Positions 28,548 through 40,826 of a DNA stretch of 64,000 nt are shown here, piece after piece. Each line of letters begins with the position of its first letter. Position 1 is the first letter of the stretch. Location: the NCBI GenBank assembly GCA_000182565.2, contig KQ257451.1; one strand, written 5' to 3'. A model generated the notes under the pieces. It made no database searches. It had not been told where the DNA came from and saw only the letters and a program-made list of their open reading frames with translations. Origin of the DNA: Spizellomyces punctatus DAOM BR117 (taxonomy: Eukaryota). Made by a program: the position numbers and the translations under genes.

Positions 28548-31500
28548 ATGAATGCTCTCCATGTAGCAGGCGAAGATGGAAGGCCCTCCGCTATGCTCCG
28601 TGGGATGTTTCCCAATGTATGCAGCTTGCTACAGTATTTGGAGGCCATTGGTGCAAACCAGTCAATCCTGCTGGATGCCGTACCATGGAGCCCTTTAAAC
28701 CCTGGAGATCCTCCAAAGTACCACCAGTTTCTGACAACCACTATGGTTGCTCGTTCCCTAGAGTCAAAGGAACCTTTACCACCGTCTCAAGGAGAAGTGA
28801 TTTTCTCTCAAAGCGAGGTTTGCAAAATTGGCCGCATAGTTCATTTGGAAGCCGCCGGGGTTTTGTGCCTTAGTAAAATAAAAATGTGCGATAGATTGTC
28901 AACAGTGCCATTGAGAAGATTCTAAAGGGATCCGAAGGAACGGCAAACGTGCTAACTTTTGGCTATAGAAAAGTGAGAAAATTGCTCCAGCTAACTTTCA
29001 TCTGACCTGATCTACAGCTACCCAGTTCTCTCCGTTCGTAGCTCAGTGGCAAAGGAGGAAATAGAGTTACCGGGACTCACGGAATTGAGAACTTTTTTCC
29101 TAACACGATCGTGAACTACGTTAAGGCACCCGTTTGGGAGATGCTGCTGGGAAGGTGCCATTATTTTCCTTGAAACGCCCCAGGCAACCTATCCCTAATT
29201 GGTGTACATATTTTTCAGAATTGGAGTAAGGGCAATGACAGACCTTTTGTTAAACACGACGATGTTCATGGCACTGCATGATGGATGCTATGTGCAAATT
29301 TCGGGTAACTTCCCAATTTAATTGGTTTCAACATCCTGGGCCCGTCCCTAATATCCACTCAGGTGTTCCAGTAACAGATGGGCCCCTCTCTGCTGCACTT
29401 TCTAGTCCATTGACAATAATGTCAAAGTCACGAAAGCGTCACGCCGTTGATGATATGCCCCTAAGAAACGAGGCGGGCAAGCGCATCAACGCGTGTGCAG
29501 AGGAAATGGGGACTGATGTAAAAGCTCCAGGCTTGGCTATGGACAATGTCTGCTTGTTGAACCAATCTACACGATCCAAGACCGTGCAGCGAAAATTGCA
29601 GAGGTTGTATAGATACAGCCGGTCTGTTCTGCTCCAATTTAACTCCATTTTAATGAAGTTGAAATTCCCAGCCATCGGACTGCCGCCATATGCTTTGCAC
29701 ATCGCCGTATCTTCTACACTCGGCCTGTTCGAGGTTCGAGAAATACCTTCATTTTCGGTCTCCCCAAGACTCGTATGTCTTCTGCCATATATATTCGACT
29801 GAACAAGTGGACACCAGGGCTGACGCTATTTGTCCCTTCCGTGCCATTAGACGTCTTAAATCGGTATAGGCTGGCGCTGAAACAAAAGACGCGACTGATG
29901 CTATGCTATATTTTTCCCCGTCAATTTGACTTGGAGAATGTGTTTACCTATGCTGGGGAGCATCCTTATCAATGTCCACCAGAGTTCCATGATCGCGAAC
30001 GCGATCTAGAGGTGATTGGACTGGATTAGCTATTGTCGGTTTGTGAGAGGTTAATGACATGTTTGCAGGCAGTCACTAAACGAAAGCTCCCTTGGAGACT
30101 AAAGAGGGCGGAGCACTTGGTCAATATGCTGATAGCACTCCATCAAAAATGTAACTTCCGCGCTTTGTTAGACTTCTATTGTCCGAGTCCGGTAAGGTCA
30201 GACAGTTATCCTTGGCTCGGCTGTATCTTCTAACGGCTTCGCTGCTCGAAAAGGTCTCATTAGAGAATGATAGTTCAGCAAGCCTAGATCTACTGAGAGC
30301 CCACACTTCGTTCTACCAGGTCAGAATCATACTCAAAGCGCTGGGTTGAAAATCTTTATGCAGTTGCCCACGGGAAATATCAACACAGGTTACTGCCTTC
30401 CTGCGAGCGGTGATTTACGCTATTATTCCATTAGAGTTTTTTGGCAGCGAGCAAAATAGAGAAACAGTCATGAAAGGTGTTTTTCGGTCATCGCTCGACT
30501 CTGAGGTAATGACATTCTAACAAGCTCAGCCATTGGAAAATTTGTGCGCCTCCGTCGATACGAGACTATGTCCTTGCAAAGCGTCATTACGCATTTCAAG
30601 GTAAGTATCTGGAGTATTCGTCTCGAGTGCTCTCGGGCTCTAAAAGAAATACTCTTCTAGATCAAAGATTGTTCGTGGGTGGTACCACCGAAATATAAAG
30701 AGCATCAGCCGAACCATATTCCTCTATCGGATATGGAGAAGAGGAAGGAATTAATCCTAGAGTTTCTCTACTGGATGGTTGATTCTTTCGTGATTCCCTT
30801 ATTGAAGGTGCACCTCCGTTGGCGATTCTTTTGTGGATTGAACATGCAAGCTAATAGCGTAACGTTAGACCAATTTTTACGCAACGGAAAGCGCCCCCTA
30901 TCGAAACAAGGTGTTCTATTTTCGCCATGATGTGTGGAGTCAGTTAACGGGGTCTATATCCAGTACATTATCCTGCACTGTGTTCCGCCCAATTGATCAG
31001 GTAACGTCTCAATCAGTATTCGCAATTTAGCAGCTTCTCATCCCTGATGGTAGAAGAATTCAATGCATGCTCCACAATCATGGCGTTCTTTGGGATATTC
31101 CTATATACGATTGCTTCCGAAAGACAAGGGTGTACGTATGATTACAAACTTACGTCGTCGCTTTCCAAAGAAGGTATACCATTAAGCTGCAATTGCTGGA
31201 CGTTTGCATATTACTCATGCCCCATCTAGGCGTCAGGTGGCTTGACAATGCGATCAAACCGCCTATTAAACAACAATCCGCCGCCTACTGATGTCTCAAA
31301 ACAAAGAAGTCTCGGGTTTTCAATCAACACAATTCTGCAGAACGCTTTCCAGATCCTTACTTACGAAAAGGTTCAGTACTACATGCATTGCCTGGGATGC
31401 ATTCTTCGTAGATGCTAACAAACATCTGCTTAATTGCCCGGCAGACACGAAATCCGTCTCTACTGGGAGGGTCCGTCCTTGGGTTGAACGAAATCTACGG

Positions 31501-33485
31501 AAGACTGAAGGCTTTTCAACATCGATTGATGGGCTCCCATGGACTTCCACGCATGTATTTCTGCAAAGTGGATGTCGCCAGCTGTTTTGATACCATCGAC
31601 CAGACCCTCCTGCTATCAATTATTCGAGATGTCTTTCAAGATGTACAGCTCGTTCTAAGTAAACCGTTCATTGCCCGTTTTGTTAACGTTTCTCAACATG
31701 TAGGATGAGTATGTCATTCAAAAATATTCTTTTGTTTATCCAAGCGCCGGACGCTTGAAAAGGACGTTCTTGCGTCGCGCACGACCCTCGGGTAGGACGA
31801 ACCCTAACTTGAATAACAATTGCAATCCCATTAACCCACTGAAGAACAGGCGAGTTCCCTCAATTCGTTCAGTTGGCCAAAACGCTGGCTGAAGGGCTGC
31901 GAAATACCATTTTCGTTGACCAAGTGGGTGGAATAGTACCTCTTTTTCGAAGCTTAATTACTCATAGTTTGATGGTAGGTCGTATACTCCTTCGAAGAAA
32001 GGCAAAGGATCGTTGATCTACTGGAGGAGCATATTTGCAACAATCTTATAAAGGCGAGCTCCCATTTATTTCTCCGTTTGACATAGCAAAGGTGTTTGTT
32101 GATCTTACCAGATCTGTAGATGGGGAAGAAGCTGTATAAGCAAGTGGTTGGTATTCCACAAGGATCAGTTCTTTCTACCCTCCTATGCAGGTGGGAAATT
32201 ACAAATGATGAACAAACCCTCCTCAATATTACTAACGCCACCTTTAGCTTTTTCTACGCTCACATGGAGCAAACGGAATTTGCTGATCTTAATATGGACA
32301 GTAGCTTGTTGCTGCGTTACGTAGACGACTTCCTTTTCGTTACCACGGTGAAGGAGGAAGCGCTGAAATTCCTCAGAATAATGCATGAAGGTAGTATGAT
32401 AGGCTTTAGCACCAAATTTAAAATTTAACTTAATTGACTTTTCCGCTTTTTTCTGCATAGGACATCCTTCTCATGGATGCTTCATCAACCCGAAGAAAAC
32501 GCTAGCAAATTTTGAGGTTAGCGGACAAGCAGACGCAATGTTCGCTGGGCAGGTCTTGAATGCGAGCGCAGGTACCGTACTAAAAGGGGTGAATAGATTT
32601 CACGACGGACTACTGAAGGATGTTCGCCAGCTTTTCCTTGGTGTGGGCTTCTTATTGACACACGAACGCTCAATGTGAAAGCGGACTATTCGCGTTTCGA
32701 TGGAACATGTACGTTGTATACAGTGCTTGTTCAGATTACCGTTGAGGGTGCTCAGCTGACGCCATTACCTTTCATAGATATCAGCGATACATTAACAGTG
32801 GAAACAGCCTTACGTCCGGGATCTTCCCTTCGCCATAAGCTGTTTCAGTAAGTCCCCATTCTCGAGTGTTCTGAACATGGCAGCTAATGATGTTTCTTTA
32901 GGTTCCTCAAACCGAAATGCCATGCCGTCTTTCTGGATACCAATCTGAATTCGACCGCAACCGTGTTGCTCAATATTCATCAAAATCTTCATTTGTGTGC
33001 CATAAAATTCTACGCATACGTCAAGTCCATGAACTTGTCAGCATCTATGCATAGGACTGCCTTTCTCTACGGTAGGTTGACTTCTGGATAGATAGCGCCT
33101 GGGTGCCTTTCTAAAAACCACTCTGTGAAAGATGTCATCAAAGAGACAATCCGTTTTACCTATATGCTCATTCGCAGTCGAGCAAGCAGCAGCACTGCTG
33201 TTGCCAACCGGTGTCATTGTTCGATTACCGCAACTCAGATTGATTGGTAAGGAACAATTATCACGTTGATGACAGGATCTGGATGGTTAAACCTAGTCTC
33301 CAATGAACAGGCTTGGACTGCACGCTTTCTGTTTGGTGCTCAGGTGGAAGCAGACGCGCTTCCAAGGTCTTTTGAAAATGCTTGAAGATGATATGACTTC
33401 TGGGCGATTTCGGAGAGTGCGAAAAAGATTGCAAATTATCACGGATCCGAACCATTCAAAAGCTCTCCAGCATATTCGCTATTGA
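28548..33485 (+). CDS. TERT: Telomerase reverse transcriptase, about 26 introns
   Basis: TEN-domain NVLTFGY, IFPRQFDLENVF, T motif FYATESAPYRNKVFYFRHDVW, motif 1/2 IRLLPK..RMITNL, motif A KVDVASCFDTI, B' GIPQGSVLSTLLC, C LLRYVDDFLFVT, E FPWCG. Confidence 0.95.
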
Positions 33486-33760
33486 GATCATGGTGGGTCT
33501 GAAGCACGATGGTCGGGCGATTGGGGGACAGCAAAGGTAGAAATGAAACTTGGTGATGGAACATTTGTATCAAGGCATGTCCCTCGGAAGACCTTGAAAG
33601 TTGCGAAACCGTCCGCATGTTCACAGCCGCCATGTGAAGGTGACTTGCTAAAAGACTTGCACAGAAAATCGCTGCATAGAGCCAAAAGGCGAAGGCGGGC
33701 TCAAGTGAAGCCCGTATGACAGTGTGTTTTTCCTTTTTATGTACTATAAAATCAGCTAGT

Positions 33761-35017
33761 CTAAAGACGTACGTAGCTACGGCCAGATACTCTCTCGTAG
33801 AGGGACGCCACAAAGTCCTGTAAGGCTGAATCAGCATAAACATAAACAGAGGAATTACAGATGGCTTGTGCCCTACCCAGCATACTGCAAGGAGTGTACT
33901 CCAAAAGTCCCAATGCGGTAACATTTCTGGGAAACGATGAACTGTAGTAAAGCAAAGCAAACAAAAATCAGTTGATCATGTCTAGGTACGAAAACATGCA
34001 AGAACTCATACTTACTCCGTAACACAGTGTAATTGTAAGCAGAACCTATCACAAAGTATCCAATTGCGCCGATAAATAGAATCAGGCAGAATATTCCAAA
34101 CGTGGACATCCCTCCCTTTCCATTTGGGCTATTCTTGGGCGTACTTGGACATCCAGCCTTTGACTCCCACTTTATTGTGATGAGCTTGTCGGTTTCCTCT
34201 ATCTTCTCGGGCTTTCCTGGCTGCAGTCCAGAGTACATTTTTAGCACAAGTCACCAATGCAAAAGCCTACCACTAGTGACCCACCGAAGTGTTATCGTTG
34301 CAAATGAAGGAAACGTTTACGGTTTTTGAGCCTTTGGTTTCTGAGGCTTTGAACAAGAGGTCCAACGCCTGCCCGCGGGCATGAGGCTCGGGTCGAAAGT
34401 TAGAACCTCCCGCAAATTGTATTGCCTGCGAGAAGGTTATTTTAGGTTCACACATTTACGTGTATTACCAAGCGTCGTGTACATACCCTTAAAGTTATAG
34501 GAGGTTCACCCTCCCTCAAGAGCAGTTCCATCTTGTATCATAACGTCAACAGAGAGTTTAGTTATTTGGCTTGAAATATTAGTTGAAAATAAAAAACCGT
34601 ACCCAGCAGAACCACGCATTGTCGCTACATTTGCCTGCATAGATAAAACATGTGAGCTCAAGAATCCCCATTACTTCAAATACGAGTCGTTCTCACTTTG
34701 AACATCGGCCCCAAACTTGGTTGTTATTGGTCCACACAGACTCCCTGCAATGGTCGTCTCCCACGTCACAACGTCACCAGCTTCAGGTTTCTTTCTAGTG
34801 GTTATATTGAAGTCCGGTCTGTAGACCAGGTGAGTGAGTGGCTCATCAATCTGTAGCAGCGTTTGTGTCAAATTTACTTCAAAGGAGATAAATCGTATAT
34901 ATACTGCTGAACGTTTCCGCCGCCCGTTATAATGTTGGAGCAATTATATTCGTTGACAGGCGCTGCAATTGCGCCAGCGCAGAGTATAGTTATCAGGAGC
35001 GCTAGTTGAAGACGCAT
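33761..35017 (-). CDS. ATG27: Atg27 / mannose-6-phosphate-receptor-homology type I membrane protein
   Basis: Signal peptide, YDLSPL, WESKAGC, TM segment, YNY...EMLPHWDFW, C-terminal YVRL (YxxPhi sorting signal). Confidence 0.8.
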
Positions 35018-35426
35018 CTGGGGATTGTGCTCTAACCTCTTGGGATGATCTGCAGATCCCGCGTCCGTCCCCGACTTCCAACGCACTTCATGCAGCAGTC
35101 ACGTGGGCATTGTTGCCTATGCATCACATTAGGGTCAAAATATTCGTACGAGCTTACCGGGGCCCATGTTGGTCAAGACCTATTGGATGCGCTTTGAAGT
35201 AGCGCACATAATCCCCTTCATGATGACAGGGCTCATGACAAGTATATCAACCCCTTGCTATCATAGGATACTGAAATCTCGCTGAATGTACATTGGACAG
35301 ACCATAAACTTTACATGAAGACCCAATGAGACGTATATACAAGCACACTCGCTCGGAGGTTAAACACAGTAGCGAGTGAGATATGGTTTTATCCCGTTTT
35401 GGCGACAGGATGCGCGACATCTATTG

Positions 35427-35731
35427 ATGACGCGCGCCCTCTTCCTGACTTTCCTCCTTCTTCTTGCCTTTTGTCCGTTGTTCGCCAATTACGCCTTCTC
35501 CCGCAGTGTACTGCAAGCATGTATCTAGCATATGTACCACAATCAATGACTATGATGTTTACCTTTAGGGGAAATCCAGTCCGCTCTTGGTGAATCCGAG
35601 AAGCCTAGAACATCATGGTTAGGCGTCAACATGTTCACTAGAACCATATCACAAGGTGCGTTCAGCATCTCACCGACTCGGATTTATGAATCCTGTAATC
35701 CGCAGCAGAAGTTTTGCTCTTTGTGATTTGA
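35427..35731 (+). CDS. Candidate small secreted peptide (68-83 aa)
   Basis: ATG 35427 gives a signal-peptide-like MTRALFLTFLLLLAFCPLFANYAFS. A 48-nt GT-AG intron (35521-35568) keeps the frame open. An optional second intron lies at 35656-35705. Confidence 0.45.
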
Positions 35732-36131
35732 TTGATTTCATGACGGGACTTGTGAGATTCCTCAATAAGCTCCTTTTCTTTTTTCTGGCGATATATAAGC
35801 TATTGCATTAAGCATTTTGATATCATGCAGCATGTTTCCTTTACCACAAGCGGGTCGGATAGATCGTGGGCATTCATTTTGGGAACAAGGAAACTGTCTC
35901 CAAGCAAGAGTGCTGAGAATAGCTGTGAGCACAATCCAGACGCTGAGATACGTAATATCGTCGGCACTGCTGCAGTCTGCTGCGCTGTGATGACAAAGGT
36001 CGATCGCAGATGACACAATCAAATATCACGTGACATAACCTTAGCCTATTCCGTGGTTGCATTGACTCCCATGCTCTGGAGATCTCAACCATCTCCCTTG
36101 TCCCGTTCATAACGCAGACACGGCTATTCAA

Positions 36132-37687
36132 ATGAGCTGGGACCTGGACACGTTCATTGAGCGTCTCTATCGCAAGCAGCTTTTATCAGAAGGTGTCGTA
36201 AAGGAGCTTTGTGAAAAAACCAAGGAGATCCTCGTTCGCGAAGGAAACGTCGCGCAGGTCTCGGCGCCAGTAACGCTTGTCGGCGACGTACACGGGTCAG
36301 TTAATGCTGTATCCGTGTGTAATGGATGGTTCTTTTTGCTAATGGACTTGACGACATAGTCAATTTTACGATGTGTTGGAGATCTTCAAGATTGGTGGAT
36401 GGGCACCATTCACAAACTACGTTTTTCTGGGGGACTATGTGGACAGAGGATATTATTCTGTGGAAACCATCACGCTCCTCACATGCCTAAAACTTAGATG
36501 GCCGGATAGGATCACATTAGTGAGAGGAAATCACGAGTCCCGAGCCGTGACACAGGCAAGTTCTGCCACATCAATTTCAGAATGTGTGTCCAGATCTGAC
36601 GGTTCTCGCACGTACAAACAGACCTATGGATTTTACACGGAATGCATGCGAAAGTACGGAAATGCCAATGTGTGGACGTATTTTACGGATTTGTTTGATT
36701 ACTTGGTATTGTCAGTCGTGATTGACGATACGATTTTCTGCGTGCATGGAGGTATGTTTACTGCTTTCATCCGCCACCGGATGCCGCTGATTAAGGGATT
36801 CTTCCAAGGATTGAGCCCTTCCATACATACCATCGATCAAATCCGAGTAATAGATAGGTTCCGAGGTGAGTTTGCCCCTACTTTGGACCTCGCGACGAGA
36901 CCCTAACAGTCTTGGTTTTGGACAGAAATTCCCCACGAAGGGGCAATGGCCGATCTGGTATGGTCAGATCCAATATCCACACCTAGCTTTGCATCCTTGG
37001 GAGGAGGGACGGACGAAAAAGGCGACTTTGCCATTTCTCCACGCGGAGCTGGGTATCTATTTGGGAAGGAGGTTACACGAAAGTTTCTGGAAGTGAATGG
37101 GATGGGGCATATTTGTAGGGCACATCAATTGTGTATGGAAGGCTACCAGGTCCGTTTCTGCCTGGTATATACTGCTGGCTTCTCACACGCTCACGGAACT
37201 ATCACTTAGATTCTGTTCGACGATATGCTCTCAACGGTATGGTCAGCGCCAAACTACTGCTATCGCGCGGGAAATATGGCGTCCGTTTTGGAAATTGGAC
37301 CAGAGCTCCGTCGCTATTTTAATGTCTTTGGACCCTGTCCGGACCAAGATCGGGATGCACCAGGACGGGATGCCCCCGGGTCCTCTGGGGATTTAACGGC
37401 GCATTATCCAGAGACGGGTGATGAGGAAGGAGCGGGTGGGAACCAATGGCGACGAAAGAAGGCAGCACGGAAACTGGTGCCAGGTGCATTGCGAGATCCT
37501 TTAGAGATTGATGACTCGGAGCTAACGGCGGTGACTGGGGGAGGAATAACAAAGGTATGCATTGTTGCACACACTAGAACTTTTGAAAGTCCCTTCAAAG
37601 AATGCCGGAGACACTGTTGGATTTTCTGCTGTTACTTATTGTTGTGCTTTCTTTATACTGTAGGTTGTCGCAGAGTACTTTCTGTAG
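36132..37687 (+). CDS. PPG1: PP2A-like Ser/Thr phosphatase Ppg1
   Basis: [46 protein letters not shown]-terminal EYFL*. Confidence 0.88.
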
Positions 37688-37912
37688 ACTGGAAGTAACT
37701 CTAGAATTCATTCAGAGTGACAGATAGGATTGGCGAATAAATTAGATTTGATTTCATGGGTACTGGTACCAAGCCGTTGTCCGGTCCACCTGGTGATTTA
37801 TCTATTGATTGCATATAGCGACATTAAACCTATTAGTCCGTTTGAATATAAAGATGCCTCAGATAATGAGTGCCTCTGGTTTTATGCCTGATAGGACGCC
37901 AATCACGGAGTA

Positions 37913-40050
37913 TTACTGATGATCGGGAATGACCTTCCGCAGCGCTCCGACGAAACGACTTGAAAAAGATTCCTCGGAAAACCGATCGACAACGTGTTGG
38001 CGAGCATGTATACGCATGCGAAGCTGCTCTTCTGAGGGCAGCCGCAATGCCTCCTCAAGAGCATCGGCAAATTCATTTACCGTCTCTGCTAGGAAGCCTA
38101 CAGAACGGACAAAAATTATGTTCTCTGAGAGATAGGAACACGCCACGTTTGTATCTGCCACGAACCTGTCTTGCTCCCTTGGTGCATTGTTACAATGTCC
38201 AATTTCGGCCCGCCAGAATTGTGTGCTACGGGTATGAGACCTGCCGCCTTTGAAAAACAGAGTGATTAAGGAGAAAGAGAAGAGCCTTCAAATCAATACG
38301 TTTTTACCATATACTCTACAATGCCAATCCCAAAATGCTCGTCCCGCATCGAATGCAAACCAATAGATCCTTTTTGTAAATATTCCAAAAGCGTGCTGTA
38401 CTTTGCATTCTCAATGAATTCTACTTGTTCCTAGCAACCCATATACTGGTTATCATCGCTTGTTTGTACCAGCGCAAAAGAGAAGAACGTACATAGATGC
38501 TGCAGTCCTCTGCATACTGCTTCAATTCTTCAACCCGCTTACGATCTTCGGCGTTTCGGCTGCCGCCTATGAGGATCAGCCGGATTTTCGATCCTTCTTG
38601 CCGGTATTTGGGTTCCCTTTCCAAAAGAGTTTGGAATGCAGATAATTGCAGTTTGTGTGCTTTTTCTGGTCTATTCATCAAAAGGATTCTGTGAGCATAA
38701 CGGGTTACTACCATTGACATGTATGGTTTAAATACCTAAATTGTGCAACTGATACGATCCATGGTTCTCTATTCTCAAGAGAAAATGATTGCAAAGATTC
38801 CGTATTACAAGGCGGATACACTACTGCCGTCCGTTTGGGAATTTTCCAAATACTGTTGACGTGTCCCAAAGTCCAGGTAGAATTTACCTGCGACATACGA
38901 CGAGACTGTTACAAGACGCGCACACTTTTGACAAGCAATAAATAAGCTTACCATGACAACGTCTGCGGTACGCCCAACGATTCCGTAGAGCCATGCAAAT
39001 AGTCGGTAATACCTGTATCCAAGGAATAAGACAAGCTCAACGCCATTTACTATGCGATGTAAACATACCATATTTTACCTCGCGTCAACACAGAGCTACG
39101 GGCCACCATACTTGAGTTGTTGAAATCAGTGACACCAGATACTACTTTGCCCAGCATATCTGCGCTTTTGACTGGTTGAATAACTCCACCTTTTAATGCG
39201 TCGATGTATAACACTCATGCATACCTGATGGTAGGATAATGAGTGTACGCTACCACTTTACATCCAAACATGTACTTGGCCAGAGGATACACAAAAGCGA
39301 ATCCAACAGTATCTATGGTAGTTCCCTTATATTAGCATTCATCATTCGTGAGCAATTCCGAAAACAAGAAAAATCGATCACGCACCTATAAAGACGTCCG
39401 GTAGAAGCAGTTGCATAGCCTCCCAGCCAACCAAAACAGATCCCAGGCTTTGACCCAGTAAGGTGAATATTCTGTATCTGAACCCAAGAAACAAAAGATG
39501 CATGAAAAGCTGCTTTCTCATAGTAGATGAGAAAAGATGATCAGACCTTTCAGCCTCCAAAAACCGCCATCGTTTTAGTGTCTGGAATCGCACCGTGCTT
39601 GGATCAATGTCAACGTTAAATTGAACCTAGTTTAATTGTCTACAATGTTATTCCACTTCCATGTGTCCCATAATTGATATGAGAACTTCCGACCTTTGCT
39701 TTCTGCAAAACCTGTTCAACAGGCCCAGCGTTGTCCCAACAATAAATCACACAGACCACATTTGGCCAAGTGTCCTGAATGGCTTTGATGGCAACCCACA
39801 AAACGCGTTCTCCGCCTCCACCTGCATCACTATAATAGAGAAGTTGGTCATGAAAAAGGATAGCGCGGCATCAGACCCACTGTCGGTGATCGTACCAGAA
39901 CGGATGGAAAAACCCGAGAATAGGGCCACCCTCCAAATGTCGCCGCTGTGTCCGCTTTCTGGACTGTATGTCGTGTGACCATAGGACCAACACCAGAACG
40001 ACGGCGCCCAGTAACCCGAACAAACATGCTGTTAGGGCAGCCAAGGTCAT
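37913..40050 (-). CDS. ALG11: GDP-Man:Man3GlcNAc2-PP-Dol alpha-1,2-mannosyltransferase
   Basis: N-terminal [61 protein letters not shown]. Confidence 0.95.
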
Positions 40051-40826
40051 GCCGTCAAGAGAAAGTCATGCATGCTCTGAAAGCTGTGCATGAGGCTTGG
40101 GCCTGCTGGCTGGTGCTGCGCATGATTGGAACCGGATGGATCCGAATGACATGGTATGACTTCCGACAATGTTCGTGAAAAACCGACTAGAGTATTTTGT
40201 CAAAGTCCAAACCATCTCAGGTCAAATCCGTACGAGTCTGCTCAAGATCGTTTCTAGCGGTGGAGATGCATGTAACGCGATCAAGGCATACTGGACGCAC
40301 AGTGACACATGTTGACCAGTGCGATAGCGACCCGCCGATTCGTTTCCACATGAGCGAAGCAAACACCAGGGATACGCGATGGCCCAGGCTTAACGTCAAG
40401 CGCAATGGTGTCAAATAGAATTTGAAGGCTCGAATATGTCTAGAATATCATTGAGCTCAGAGACCTTTTGCGTGAGCAAGTCAGATCCGCCCGTAGATTA
40501 CTTGTAGATACAAGTCCTTATCCCCTTGTTCATGGCTCGGTTCCCGTCTTGGAGCATATCAAACTACGATTTCACACCATCGGAGGCGGTTGCAGCTGCA
40601 TTTTCCCGCTTCTTTAGCCAGGTGAGCTGACGGCGTGCTCTGTCGCCCAGTTCCTCCATTTCACGCCAACGTATCATTCTTGATATCGCGATCCCCCACG
40701 TGACTATTACCTCCTCGTGACTGTGCCTGCTCACATAAGATTCTTTTAGCCAGAAATTCTACTAGACCACAATTGTTCTTGCTGAACTCGACATTTTGGA
40801 TTGGTGAGCGCAACACGTTGCTCCAA

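Noticed and set aside
31800..31808. AACCCTAAC (1.5 telomere-repeat complement) inside a TERT intron, as a possible telomerase RNA template
   Set aside because: It lies in a ~58-nt intron, too small for a TER, and a 9-mer of this kind is expected by chance in 128 kb of two-strand sequence.
32120..32390. YVDD reverse transcriptase as a retrotransposon
   Set aside because: T motif, TEN/CTE regions, many introns and the absence of element ends identify it as TERT.
35220..35285. ATGATGA...CTGA box C/D snoRNA-like pattern
   Set aside because: No convincing terminal stem and no rRNA-complementary guide that I can identify.
35346..35686. Stems CACTCGCT/AGCGAGTG and TGAATCCGAG/CTCGGATTTA, suggesting a structured ncRNA or TER near TERT
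   Set aside because: Short stems are compatible with chance, there is no template sequence, and a signal-peptide ORF explains part of the region better.
40532..40800. Upstream ATG exon (MARFPSW...) as an N-terminal extension of the LARP7-like gene
   Set aside because: Splicing from GTGAGC at 40622 to nearby acceptors runs into stops; at most a uORF or 5' UTR intron.
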